From Macrostomum lignano (lineage: Eukaryota): a stretch of DNA of 64,000 nucleotides. The translations under genes were made by a program, and so were the position numbers. Location: positions 744,001 through 808,000 of the forward strand of contig NIVC01000059.1 of the NCBI GenBank assembly GCA_002269645.1. Reading direction: 5' to 3'. The notes under the pieces are model-generated. The model was not told where the DNA came from. It ran no database searches and saw nothing but the letters and a program-made list of their open reading frames with translations. Of the stretch, positions 23,001 to 60,400 are shown piece by piece. Position 1 is the stretch's first letter, and every line of letters starts with the position of its first letter.

Positions 23001-24743
23001 CTCGACACCCTCTGCATCGCTGCAATCGTCCAGGCGGCCATACCGAACGCGCTGTCGCTGTCCTCAGTGCAAGAGAGTTCGCTGCAAGATGCAACAATTC
23101 AAGCCGCTATTCGATCGCTGGAGACAGGACGATGGAGCCTCGAGTCGGCGGAGACGCGATCGCTCCACGCCCTACGGAATGAGCTATCGGCAGCAGACGG
23201 CGTGCTCCTGCGGGGCCAGAGAATTGTAGTTCCAATGGCGCTTCGGCGCCTGGTTTTGGACCTGGCACACCGCGGTCATCAGTGCCTGCGCAAGACGGTT
23301 GACCGTTTGAGCACCAAAGTCTGGTGGCCGAGGATGCAGACAGAAGCAGAGCTCTTCGTGCGTGCCTGCCGAGCCTGTGCAGCTACGTCGCACGTGGCCG
23401 ACGTGACCGCCGCGCCGCTGAAGCCGACGCCGATCCCGAAAGCTGCATGGCTAACACTAGGGGCAGACCTGCTAGGCCCCATTCAAGGCAGCATGCTGCT
23501 CGTCTGCGTTGACCACTACTCGCGCTTCCCTGAAGTCGAGATCGTCCAGGCCACAACGGCCGAAGCGCTGATTCCCAAGCTGAGGAATTCGTTCGCCAGA
23601 TTCGGCATCCCACAGGTACTGGTCACCGATAACGGCCCGCCATTCTCCTCGGCCCAGTTCAAAGGCTTTCTGGACAGCTACGGAATCCGGCAGCGTCTCA
23701 TCACACCGCTGCATCCGCAGGCCAACGGCATCACTGAGCGCCTGAACCGCTCCATCAATAAGGTTGTACCAGCTGCCATTGCCCAGAAGCGCGACTGGAG
23801 GGCGGCCCTTGACGAGTGGCTGCTGGCCTACCGTTGCACGCTGCAGCGAACCACCAACCGGGCACCAGCCGAGCTGCTCTTGGGTCGCGTCCCAAACGAC
23901 GCCATCCCGTCAATCAGGCCGTCGAGACCGGTGGCCATCGCAGACAGGAGGCTCCGACAGCAGGACGCCAGCAGCAAGGCAAAGGGCAAGCGCTGCACGG
24001 ACAAGCGACGGCAGGCGAGACCGCATGGGCTCAAAGTCGGCGACACGGTGCTCCGGCGCCGACTAAATCCGCTCAAGGGCGAGACTCCGTTCGAGTGGAC
24101 ACCCTGGCTGGTCGAGAGTGTCAAGGGCGACTCGATGACCATTCGGCAGGGCGCCAGAGTTTGCAGGCGGCACTGCACTGACCTGAAGCGGGTAGCGCCA
24201 GATGCAGAGCCCGATTTTCCTGTCGGGGAGACCGCACCGCCGATCCTGCAAGCTGCGGGGAGCGAACCCGCGACCCCTCCAATTGCGCTGCGACCACACC
24301 CCCGAGAGGCCAAGGTGAAAGTGAACTATAGGGTTTAACTATAACTCGCGCTTGGCAGACTGACGCTAATATCTTGTTTGATTTTGCTTTTGCGTCTTGA
24401 GATTGCGGATAGAAAATTGTTCATTCTCCAGCTAAGGCATTACATGTACAATCAGTAGCATTTTCTCTATTAATGTTTCTTCTTTGCAAGATTTTACTCG
24501 TATTTGTGGTAATTTTCATTTTTTAAAAACCTTTTGCAGTAAAACTTTTAATCCAAAATGAGGAGAGATGTAGTGTACGCTCTGCGCGGTAATAATGTAC
24601 TTGGCTTGGTCGATGAACTAACTCGTAGCAATACTCTTATTACGCAATGCTCTCGGGCCTATAAATAGATTGAATTGAGCAGTCGGCTCATTTAAGTGCA
24701 TCGTTTCTCTCGCCAAACTAAATAGCTAGTCTGAGTCATTACA
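20061..24743 (+). mobile_element. Full-length Ty3/Gypsy LTR retrotransposon 1
   Basis: LTRs at 20061-20240 and 24569-24743 (TG..CA; one 5-bp indel and one substitution apart); TSD CTACC at 20056-20060 and 24744-24748; PBS TGGCGTCGCAAGCA at 20241; PPT AAAATGAGGAGAGA at 24555-24568. Confidence 0.96.
20311..24338 (+). CDS. Gag-Pol (Zn knuckles, protease, RT, RNase H, integrase) with a single frameshift near 22865
   Basis: CRRCGKMGHFARAC, LIDSGA, WIHDDII, VDAGPAGLGA, TDHKPL, GH..CRAC, TDNGP, NGITERLNR, in the order PR-RT-RH-IN. Confidence 0.92.
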
Positions 24744-25034
24744 CTACCCATCAAAATTCAGCTGTTTTTCTCTGTTTTTTTGTTATAATTTTTCTAGCGA
24801 GAATTTTCCGGATTTAATTCTTGATTAAACTTGTCTATGGCCAAAGCCCCTTTCAGCTCTGGGAAAAATAGCAAGTCCTTGCAAAAAACTGCTCTATTAT
24901 GAGCGAAGTCGTTCTTCGATAGTACTGTTAGACTTTTCCAATTTTATTTGTAGTAATAATAATTAATAATTAATTAATATACTTAGTGAAATAACGTTCG
25001 CTGAAAGGGTGCAGATTTTTTATATTTTATGCCA

Positions 25035-25265
25035 TTCGATTCCCGACCCACTCGGAACAATTTGTGTCCTTGAGCAAGACACTTAAGTCTGCATTGCTTC
25101 AGTTCACCCAGCTGTAAAATGGGTGCCAGCATTAGCTGGGATAATTGAGGCTGTGTGTGGCGATCCCCCAGTCCTTGGACTGAACAGCCGTACGCAGCCT
25201 TCAGATGCGCCTCGCAATAGCTGCGGCTGAGCTGTCGGTTGCACACCAGGCCATTAAGCGAAGGT
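25035..25265 (+). mobile_element. 5'-truncated CORE-type (MIR-like) SINE, family B
   Basis: B-box remnant TTCGATTCC; 25062-25125 (TGTGTCCTTGAGCAAGACACTTAA...CAGCTGTAAAATGGG) resembles the CORE-SINE consensus as I recall it; the 3' tail is shared with 39260-39391. Confidence 0.65.
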
Positions 25266-25856
25266 GCAGTCAATGTCAAATTCTGGATTGACAATTTCTA
25301 GGGCATACTTTCGCTTGAGTTGTAGCATTTGAAGCTGCAGTGAAATTGTGACTCCAGCATTGCAAAACTCTCTACCATTTGCCCTCCAGTGTCTCGTAAA
25401 TCCCAGTTCCAAACTGACTTGGTGTGTGTAAACCTCACTGAAAATGGGTCTTCGACAAGTCTTGAGAGATGATGGAGTCTGGGCAACTCGAATGAAAAGC
25501 ATGCTCTTTTCATTTGGAAATCAAGAGGTTTGATATATTGAACTTTGTGCATTTGTAACATCCTTTACTTCAGTTGTTAAGGCATGACACAACGGTAACT
25601 CAGTTGTAATCAGCTACTTGTACTGTAAAATAACAATTTATCAATAATATTGTCTCAACACATGGGGAGAGAGAATCGCCTTTAAAAAATGGATGTTTCT
25701 TAGAATGCGATACGGTATTTAGGTGCAGGCATATCGTCAAAATTCAATTCACCTGATTAAAGCTGGATAACGGTATTGTAGTAAATAGTCAGTTCTATAG
25801 AATTATACGAGCGTGACTCGTAAGTAGTCCGCCGTTGCCAAGGATATTGATGCGCA

Positions 25857-51189
<25,333 letters not shown>

Positions 51190-52694
51190 GTCCACGCTAA
51201 ACGCTACCTGATAGACCTAGCGGACTGCAGGTCCCAGCTCCCGTATTTATAGAGCTTTCAGCAAGATTGCTTGCCGCTATCAGACCAAATATGGATCATC
51301 GATTTCTAGTCGGGAGCTGAAAAATCCAATCAGTGTCACACCTTGGCCTGCAGACCAGCTCTGTTTAATCTCTGATAAGAATGGAGAGACTTGGCGGTCA
51401 TGAAATATGAGCTATACCTCCAGATGGCGAAGTTTTGTTGACCTTGCTAGGTAAGCTGGTGCTCAGGATTTGCGAATTTTTTATTGCCAATACGAGCTAA
51501 GAGTTGATTGGCGAGTAGTCGTTGTAACTACTCGATAATTGAACATGACAGGTATTGTTTGCTCAAATGCAATTGCTTCCAGCTTCTGCTAATCCTATAA
51601 TTAGTTATCGAAAGGTCACGAGAAGGCACATTATTGGGCAGGCACTTGCTTTTAATCAAAAGATTAACACTGTACTTTTCATGAACTTTTACATGTACGA
51701 ACTGGCTGTCAGTTGAGACATCAAAAACCAGAATTGCATGACAGCATGGGTGACATCATTGCAGAGGGGTTTCAGAGCACGGGAAAACATTAAAGCAAAG
51801 CAAGGACAGGTGATACTCAAAAGTGAGCACGAATAACGCAATAGATTGTACTCGAGCACACTAAATAATGACTGCGGTCAAAAAAGTATTTCGAATCAAT
51901 CTTTACGTACGCAGGATAGTTAATTAGCTAGCAGATTAGCTGCGCGTGCAAACGGTAGCTCAGCAGTTTTCGAGGACACTGATACGGTACTCAGGTGCAA
52001 TGCGTAATTAAAATAGCACTACCAGGTAAAGGACTAATCAAAGAAGTGATTAATTTTGGAAGAAAAGAAATAAGACAAGTTGAGTTGTAAGCAATAATTG
52101 AGTCGCAATGCTAGATTCTATAGTATGGTGCGGAGTTGCAGAATGGCCAAAACACGGGTCTTTGTTCGATTTTTTTTCTATGAAACACACTGTTGAGCGG
52201 CCATGATTTTACGCCTCTAAAATTTGATTTGATTGGACGAGAGATGGGGGTGGGTGAGCTAATTGGTCACTCAGGCAGAGAGTATGATGTACATTGATTA
52301 GGCGTGGCGAGGACAGATTGAACTGACAATCAGATAAGATATAATAGGCGATTTTTGATTAGTTTAATAAAATAATAGCAGTATGCCTGCTCTTATCAAT
52401 TGGAAATATCTGTTGGAGTCACTGTATGGTGTAATAATGCCCGTTTTGACTTTTTAGTGTGTCTGGGGTAAAAGCTCTTTACAATGGGGATATGACGAGA
52501 GAAATCATTACGAAACTTCACGTGGAAGATGAGAAAGCGGGTTTAAATTTAACCGTGTTTTACCAGCTATCAGCAGTTAGAAGTTGATGCAGCTATAGCA
52601 TTGTATAAAACAAATAATAGGCCTAGAAATTAAAACGAGAAAAAAATGGCATGAAGAGTCACAGTAACGGTAAGGCAACAACAGCAGCAGCAGG

Positions 52695-55600
52695 TCAGTC
52701 CGTCTCATCCGGAGCCGCCAGAAGACTGATGAACAGCACAGCCAGCCCGGTGTTAATGATGAACACAAAGAGCAGCAGAAGGTGCTCCTTGCACCAGTCC
52801 TGTCGGCGGGAGACAATCATATAGAGGTGAGATTCAGTGAAGGTCAGCAAAAAAACAGAGGGTCAAATGGTAGGCTGCTAAGTGTCTTGTAGCCCCCGTC
52901 AAATTCTATGATAGAATAGTATTAATAATAACAGAAAATTTCAGAAGAGCTGAGAGGAACTTTGCATGGTCAGCACTGAGGCACAGGGTGTACAGCTCAC
53001 ACAGGGTGTACAGCTCACACAGGGTGTACAGCTCACACAGGGTGTACAGCTCACACAAGGTGTACAGCTCACACAGGGTGTACAGCTCACACAAGGTGTA
53101 CAGCTCACACAGGGTGTACAGCTCACACAAGGTGTACAGCTCACACAATGTGTACAGCTCACACAGGGTGTACAGCTCACACAGGGTGTACAGCTCACAC
53201 AAGATGTGCAGCTCACACAGGGTGTACAGCTCACACAGGGTGTACAGCTCACACAAGGTGTACAGCTCACACAATGTGTACAGCTCACACAAGGTGTACA
53301 GCTCACACAGGGTGTACAGCTCACACAGGGTGTGCAGCTCACACAGGGTGTACAGCTCACACAGGGTGTACAGCTCACACAGGGTGTACAGCTCACACAA
53401 GGTGTACAGCTCACACAAGGTGTACAGCTCACACAGGGTGTACAGCTCACACAGGGTGTACAGCGGCCTCGACTTTCTAATCGTCAGGGCATGTACACTC
53501 TGTGTGCCTAGGGGATGTCTTCATGGCTTTGAATCGCACGACAACTCCGTGCTAACTTCTTGGACAACAAGTTGAGGGTAGAAATGACAGAGATAGTACG
53601 TTACTTGATGTAGTAGAAATCATTTTTTCAACTGAATAGAACTGAATAGAACTTTTAGAACTTTTAGAAGATACATGTTGGGCAACAAGCATATTATACA
53701 CGTGTATATATTGCTACACCTGGACACCACCGAAGTTAAACACAAAATAACAGCAATTATTTCGGTTACCAAAGTGCAGTTTATGCTGAAACTGTTCTCC
53801 TGAGTCGTACAGTTAGAAAAATTCAAACTTCAGGATTTACCTGAGCACCAGATGACCACCGATGAATGTTAAGCATTACTCGACTGAGAACAGTCTCAAC
53901 AATTAGTTGACCTGCCAGCTTCATTACTTGTTCAAGTTGTTCAAATCGCTGCTCTTCGTTGTACTCAAATTCTAAGGGAGCCTCCTGGGAGGGCCGGGCC
54001 ATTTAGGTTGTTAGTGTTGGTTTCAGTGTGCACTCTTAGTATATTGGTTATAAGTTGGATATTCAGGAAAAACTTGGCAATGGTCGAGCCGTATCGTGCA
54101 TTAACCGCTGAACTCACAATGAATCGCACGAACAAATGCCTACTCATGCCTACTCTACGAGCTACTCGAGGTCCGGTATGAAATACCACACTTAATTATA
54201 TCTGAAACAGATCGACTTTCGCGTTTACCTGGTCGGACAAATTGACCAATTACGAATGAAGCAAGAGTAGCAAGACTTAATTTCTACATTATTTTGGGAA
54301 TCGGTGTTGTTAGTAATCATTGTGGCGCCGCAGGCACTCATTTTGTCTATGGCCAGACCCCATTAAGGCAACTCTGTGCAAAATCTAGTTCCGTTTAAAA
54401 AGCTCTAATTAATGCGAGTACTATTTTCATGACAAACTTGTGAGCGCAACGCCCTGTTTAGTTGTTCATATGGCAGTTCACGGATTCAAACTCCAGGTAG
54501 CTACGAGCAAAGGATCACTAGAAGTTATCGTTGCATCACCGTCAACCAATATTTTGGAGCTGCGATAGTTACGAGTGTTAACTCGTACATACTGACACAA
54601 TAGCAGAACAGCTTTGGGGCGTTCTCACCTTGAGATCCGCCAGCCTGATGATAATCTCGCCTTGGCGTCGCCTCTCCTCCAGTCTCAAAAGCTCAAGTCG
54701 TCTTGCCTCGCTCAGACGCGACACTTCCTCGCGCGACATCATTCCGTGACGCTGAATCTGCTGGCAGACTGTGACGTCTGGTAGGCTGCCTTCGCCGAGG
54801 TCCTTAGCCAGCTGGGCCTGCGATTCAATGCGGTACTGCCTAGGCAGCGGCTGCTGCAGCTGCTGATGCTGCTGCTGCCTCCGGTTACCGGACTCGAGCT
54901 GGACTCGCTTTCGAATGCCGTTCTCAATGATGTAGGAGGAGTCTGTGTCTTTTAGATTTTCGACGCTGAAAGTTCAACGATGTCTTTGGTGAGAAACCGA
55001 TCGGAGAAAATTATTAACTGAGCAGCTAACCCAGTTTTGTGGGTCAGCAGCCCTCCCCATCAAAATTTCTACTGTCAACAGGTACCTACAATGTCCAATA
55101 GACAATATCTATTGTCAACTTTTTGTACTTTATTCGTTTCACAAACGGTGAAATATTGCTAACTAAATGCGAACAGTTCATGTCTGCGTCAAGCACAGAA
55201 AGGCTGCGAAAGAGGAACAGACAGGGGAGAGAGAGGGGAGAACCGGCAGAGACATTTCTGCAATTTTCCCTCTTCCTGGCTACGCTCTCTCACTCTCTCT
55301 TCCCCTCAGTGATATTTGCATCCGTTGTTACCTAAAAAGGTACTAGACGAACGCAGAATGCCAATGGCATGCCAGTGTTTAAGCGCGGGCCTCCTTTTTT
55401 CCAAGTCTCTATGAAGCGATTCCAAAACCTCCGTCTAGCTTGATCTTGATTTCTCTAAAAGATCCTGTTTTTTGGGGCAGCTCGAAGTGGGCGTCCGCGA
55501 CATACGAGCTTGTAACGGTGGCGCCTTTGTTTTTGTATCGTGAAATCGACACTAAAGAAGTTTTTACTAACTTTGGCAACCTGGGTCTTTAGGCTGGCGT

Positions 55601-57417
55601 CTATTAATGTTCAATTTGAAACCTTCGTCCCGACATTTGCGTCCCTTATCCCGACATTGGCTCCCCTTATCCCGACATTGGCTCCCCTTATCCCGACATT
55701 GGCTCCCCTTATCCCGACATTGGCTCCCCTTATCCCGAAATTGGCGCCCCTTATCCCGAAATTGGCACCCCTTATCCCGAAATTGGCGCCCCTTATCCCG
55801 AAATTGGCGCCCCTTATCCCGAAATTGGCACCCCTTATCCCGAAATTGGCGCCCCTTATCCCAAAATTGACGCCCGAATCCCGACATTGGCGCCCGAATC
55901 CCGACATTGGCGCCCAAATCCCGACATTGGCACCCGAATCCCGACATTGGCGCCCCTTACCCCGACATTGGCGCCCCTTACCCCGACATTGGTGCCCCTA
56001 TCCACCAACCTCTTCGTCATGTCGTCTATCGCAACCGATTGCGCAGCGGCCGCGCCGACTGACGCCGGCTTAACGGGCGGCGCGCTCAGCAGCGACGGCA
56101 TTGTGCGTCGACGACTACGCGACAGCGAGGAGCCTCCGGCGCTGCCGCTGGTGGCTTCGCTCAGGCCGCTGTCGGAGTCGCCGCCGCCTGCCGGCCCAGT
56201 TGCGCCCCCGTTTCCTCGACTGTTGGCGCCAATGGAGTAGTCGTCTTTGCCCAGGCCGCTGTCCCGCTTGCGGCTGTAGGTTGGCAGAACCGACCTGTTT
56301 GTGGTGTTGAGTTAGGGTAGGGGTTCGTTCACGGTTAAGGGCCTGGTGTAGGGTTTGATGTAAAGGTATCGATTGAAGGTCAGGTAGGTCATAGCTATTT
56401 GGTTATAATGTGTCAGGTTGAGTCAGTGAGGGTCAGGTTGAGTCAGTGAGGGTCAGGTTGAGTCAGTGAGGGTCAGGTTGAGTCAGGGAGGGTCAGGTTG
56501 AGTCAGTGAGGGACAGGTTGAGTCAGTGAGGGACATGTTGAGTCAGTGAGAGTCAGGTTGAGTCAGGGAAGGGTCAGGTTGAATCAGTGAGGGACAGGTT
56601 GAGTCAGCGAGAGTCAGGTTAAGTCAGTGAGAGTCAGGTTGAGTCCGTGAGGGACAGGTTGAGTCATTTAGGGTTATGTTAAGTCAGTGAGAGTCAGGTT
56701 GAGTCAGTGAGGGTCAGGTTGAGTCAGTGAGGGTCAGGTTAAGTCAGTGAGGGTCAGGTTGAGTCAGTGAGGGTCAGGTTAAGTCAGTGAGGGTCAGGTT
56801 GAGTCAGTGAGGGTCAGGTTAAGTCAGTGAGGGTCAGGTTGAATCAGTGAGGGACAGGTTGAGTCAGTGAGGGACATGTTGAGTCAGGGAGGGTCAGGTT
56901 GAGTCAGTGAAGGTCAGGTTGAGTCAGTGAAAGTCAGGTTGAGTCAGTGAGGGTCAGGTTGAGTCAGTGAGGGTCAGGTTGAGTCAGAGAGGGACAGGTT
57001 GAGTCAGTGAGGGTCAGGTTGAGTCAGTGAGGGTCAGGTTGAGTCAGTGAGGGTCAGGTTGAGTCAGTGAGGGTCAGGTTGAGTCAGTGAGGGTCAGGTT
57101 GAGTCAGTGAGGGTCAGGTTGAGTGAGGAACGGATAAAGTCTTGAGCAGCACGCACCGGTACTGATCGAAGTGATCACTGCTCGACACATTACTCAGCGC
57201 GCTAGTCAGCGGCTCAATGTGAGAAGCCAGCATCTGCTGCTGCTGCTGCGTCAGAAGCTGATGCTGGCTTGGGTTGCCATGCATACCACGGCGGGTCTGA
57301 AGACCTACGGCCGAGGCAGCGGCCGAAGCAGCCGCCGCCGGTGCCGCGTGCAGCTTTGTGATGGTCTCCGCCACAGTGACAGGCGGGGCGGTTGATGACG
57401 CTGAAGCAGGAAATGCT

Positions 57418-57464
<47 letters not shown>

Positions 57465-60400
57465 ATGGTTGGGCTGCGGCGTTGGCGGCTGCTGGCGAAT
57501 CTCCGGCCTTTCGCCGCCGCCGCCTCCGACGCTACCGCGACGCACAGCTCTGAAGCTGCCGCGACGGCTCCCACCGCCGCCAACTTGCAGGGTGCCGTCG
57601 ACTTGCAGTGAATTGCCGCTTGCAACGCCGCCGCCACCGCCGCCTCTTGATGGAATCTCCTCCGTCATGCCCCGTCTCGCCTGCCTGCCGCCCATGCCAC
57701 CGCCGCCGCCGCCGTTGCCACCGCCGCCTCCGGTGGTCAGCGTCAGCGTGTTGAACACGTCGGACTCCATGCGTCGTTTTAAGAACTCAACCCCTGCCGG
57801 AGAGGATTAGATAAGGTCAGTGGTGAATTAGTGTCATTTAAGGTCAGTTGCGGTCTCATTCGGTCATTTGGGTCATCTAGGGTCAGGTAGGGTCAGGTAG
57901 GGTCAGATAGGGTCAGTTAAGATTATGTAGGGTCAGGTAGGGTCAGATAGGGTCAGTTAAGATTATGTAGGGTCAGGTAGGGTCAATTAGGGTCAGCTAG
58001 GGTCAGCTAGGGTCATGTAGGGTCAGGTTGGGTCACTTTGAGTCACGTTGGGTCAGGGTGGGTCATGTAGGGTCAGGTTGGGTCAGGTAGGGTCAAGTAG
58101 GGTCAGGTAGGGTCAGGTAGGGTCAAGTAGGGTCAGGTAGGATCAAGTAGGGTCAGGTAGGGTCAAGTAGGGTCATGTAGGGTCATGTAGAGTCCGGTTG
58201 GATCAAGTTGGGTCATGTATGGTCAGGTTGGGTCAGGTTGGGTCAGGTTGGGTCGGTTAGGGTCAGGTAGCCTCAGCATGGCTTATTGTAAAAGAATTAT
58301 TTGAGAGCTGTCAGAAACCTCCCCACCCAGCAATTTGCTCACCTGGCTGATGGAAATCTGGCGCGTATTCTTTGGCCAGCTTCCTCGCCATCTCCGCATC
58401 TTGGCGAGCCTTCTCAGCCGCTGTGCAAGCTAAATCTGCTTTCTGACGACTTGCCTGCTGCCTGCAGAGGTGGGGTGGAGAGACCAGCTCAGGTCATCTC
58501 ACTCCATCTGGTCATGCACTCACCTGGTCATCGCACTCCACTGGTCATACACTCACCTGGTCATCGCAATCCACTGGTCATACACTCACCTGGTCATCGC
58601 ACTCCATCTGGTCATACACTCACCTGGTCATCGCACTCCATCTGGTCATACACTCACCTGGTCATGGCATTCTCGGCCTTCTTCACCGCTTCCACCCGAG
58701 CATTTCTCGCTTCCCTAACCGCCGTCTCGACCCGTTCTCGAAGCCTCGAACTCTTGATTAGGAACAACTTGCTTCGTTTGGCTGTATTGGCAACCAGCAG
58801 GTTCTGTTTGTACTTTCCAGACTCAACGGAGCCGTCGGGGAAAGTGGTCGCCCCGTAGCCGTGCTTCTTGTTGCCGTCCCATTCGCCTTCGTATTTGAGG
58901 CCATCGCTTCTTTCGGCAACTCCTAAACCGGCGCGTTTGTCCTGCTTCCAGTCACCTGCGAAAATTTTCAGTTAGCTTCCGGTTATTTTAGTGAATTAGC
59001 TTACATTTATTTTGGTGAATTAGCTTACGGTTATTTTGCTGAACTAGCTTCAAGATATTTTGGTGAACTAGCTTCAGGATATTTTGATGAACTAGCTTCA
59101 GGATATTTTGGTGAACTAACTTCCGGTTATTTTGGTGAACTAGCTTCAGGATATTTTGGTGAACTAGCTTCCGGTTATTTTGGTGAAGTAGCTTCCAGTT
59201 ATTTTGGTGAACTAGCTTCAGGATATTTTGGTGAACTAGCTTCCGCTTATTTTAGTGAAGTAGCTTTAGGATATTTTGGTGAATTAGTTTCCGGTTATTT
59301 AGTGAAGTAGCTTCCGGTTATTTTGGTGAAGTAGCTTCCGGTTATTTTGGTGAAGTAGCTTCAGGATATTTTGTTGAACTAGCTTCAGGATATTTTGGTG
59401 AAGTAGCTTCCGGTTATTTTGGTGAAGTAGCTTCCAGTTATTTTGGTGAACTAGCTTCAGGATATTTTGGTGAGCTAGCTTCAGGATATTTTGGTGAACT
59501 AGCTTTCGGTTATTTTGGTGAAGTAGCTTCCAGTTATTTTGGTGAACTAGCTTCAGGATATTTTGGTGAATTAGTTTCCGGTTATTTAGTGAACTAGCTT
59601 CCGGTTATTTTAGTGAAATAGCTTCCGGTTATTTTGGTGAAGTAGCTTCCGGTTATTTTGGTGAACTAGCTTCCGGTTATTTTAGTGAGCTAGCTTCCGG
59701 TTATTTTGGTGAAGTAGCTTCCGGTTATTTTGGTGAACTAGCTTCCTGTTATTTTAGTGAGGTAGCTTCCGGTTATTTTGGTGAACTAGCTTCCGGATAT
59801 TTTGGTTAGCTAGCTTCCGGTTTTTGGTGAACTAGCTTCCGGTTATTTTAGTGTTGATTAAATCTCCAAACAAACCGAAATAAGCTTCCGTAGTTGCCGG
59901 GTCGACAATTTCTTCGAAATAGTCGGCCGCCGCAAGCGACGAATGGTCGGTGGCCACGCTGCTCTGCATGCTGTAGGCCGACCTCACCGACCCGGCGTAA
60001 CGGCCTGGCGACCTGCGCTGATCGGAAACGTCCCCGGCTGACCTCTGGCGTCGGAGCTTGTTCATCAGCGTCCTTGTCAAGCTCCGTTTGCCCGAGGTCG
60101 TCGCGGTCGTCGACCCAGCCGCTCCGGAAGTTGTCCCGGCGTCGATTACGCGGCCTCGTAGGACAAATCCGCCTCGGGATTCGTCGAGACGTCGAGCGGC
60201 CGCAGCGGCGGCGGCGGCGGCCGAATCGGCGCCGATCGCTGCCCCGGTGCTGCCGCCGGCACCACCGCCGGTGCCGTCCTCGTCCTGGGAGCGCAGGGAT
60301 GTCAGCGATTCGCGCAGCCGCCGTTCGTCCTTGTAGTGAGCGGCCAAGCCGTAGGAGACCGACTGCCGGATGCCCAGGCCGTGCCGGGTGCCGTGAAACC

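Noticed and set aside
19800-24950. DNA-transposon-like sequence flanking Gypsy element 1
   Set aside because: No termini or second copy were found in the window.
54739-54927. ORF-track product MRTAFESE as a TRPA N-terminal exon
   Set aside because: The true frame encodes the junctophilin [10 protein letters not shown] exon (54629-54965).
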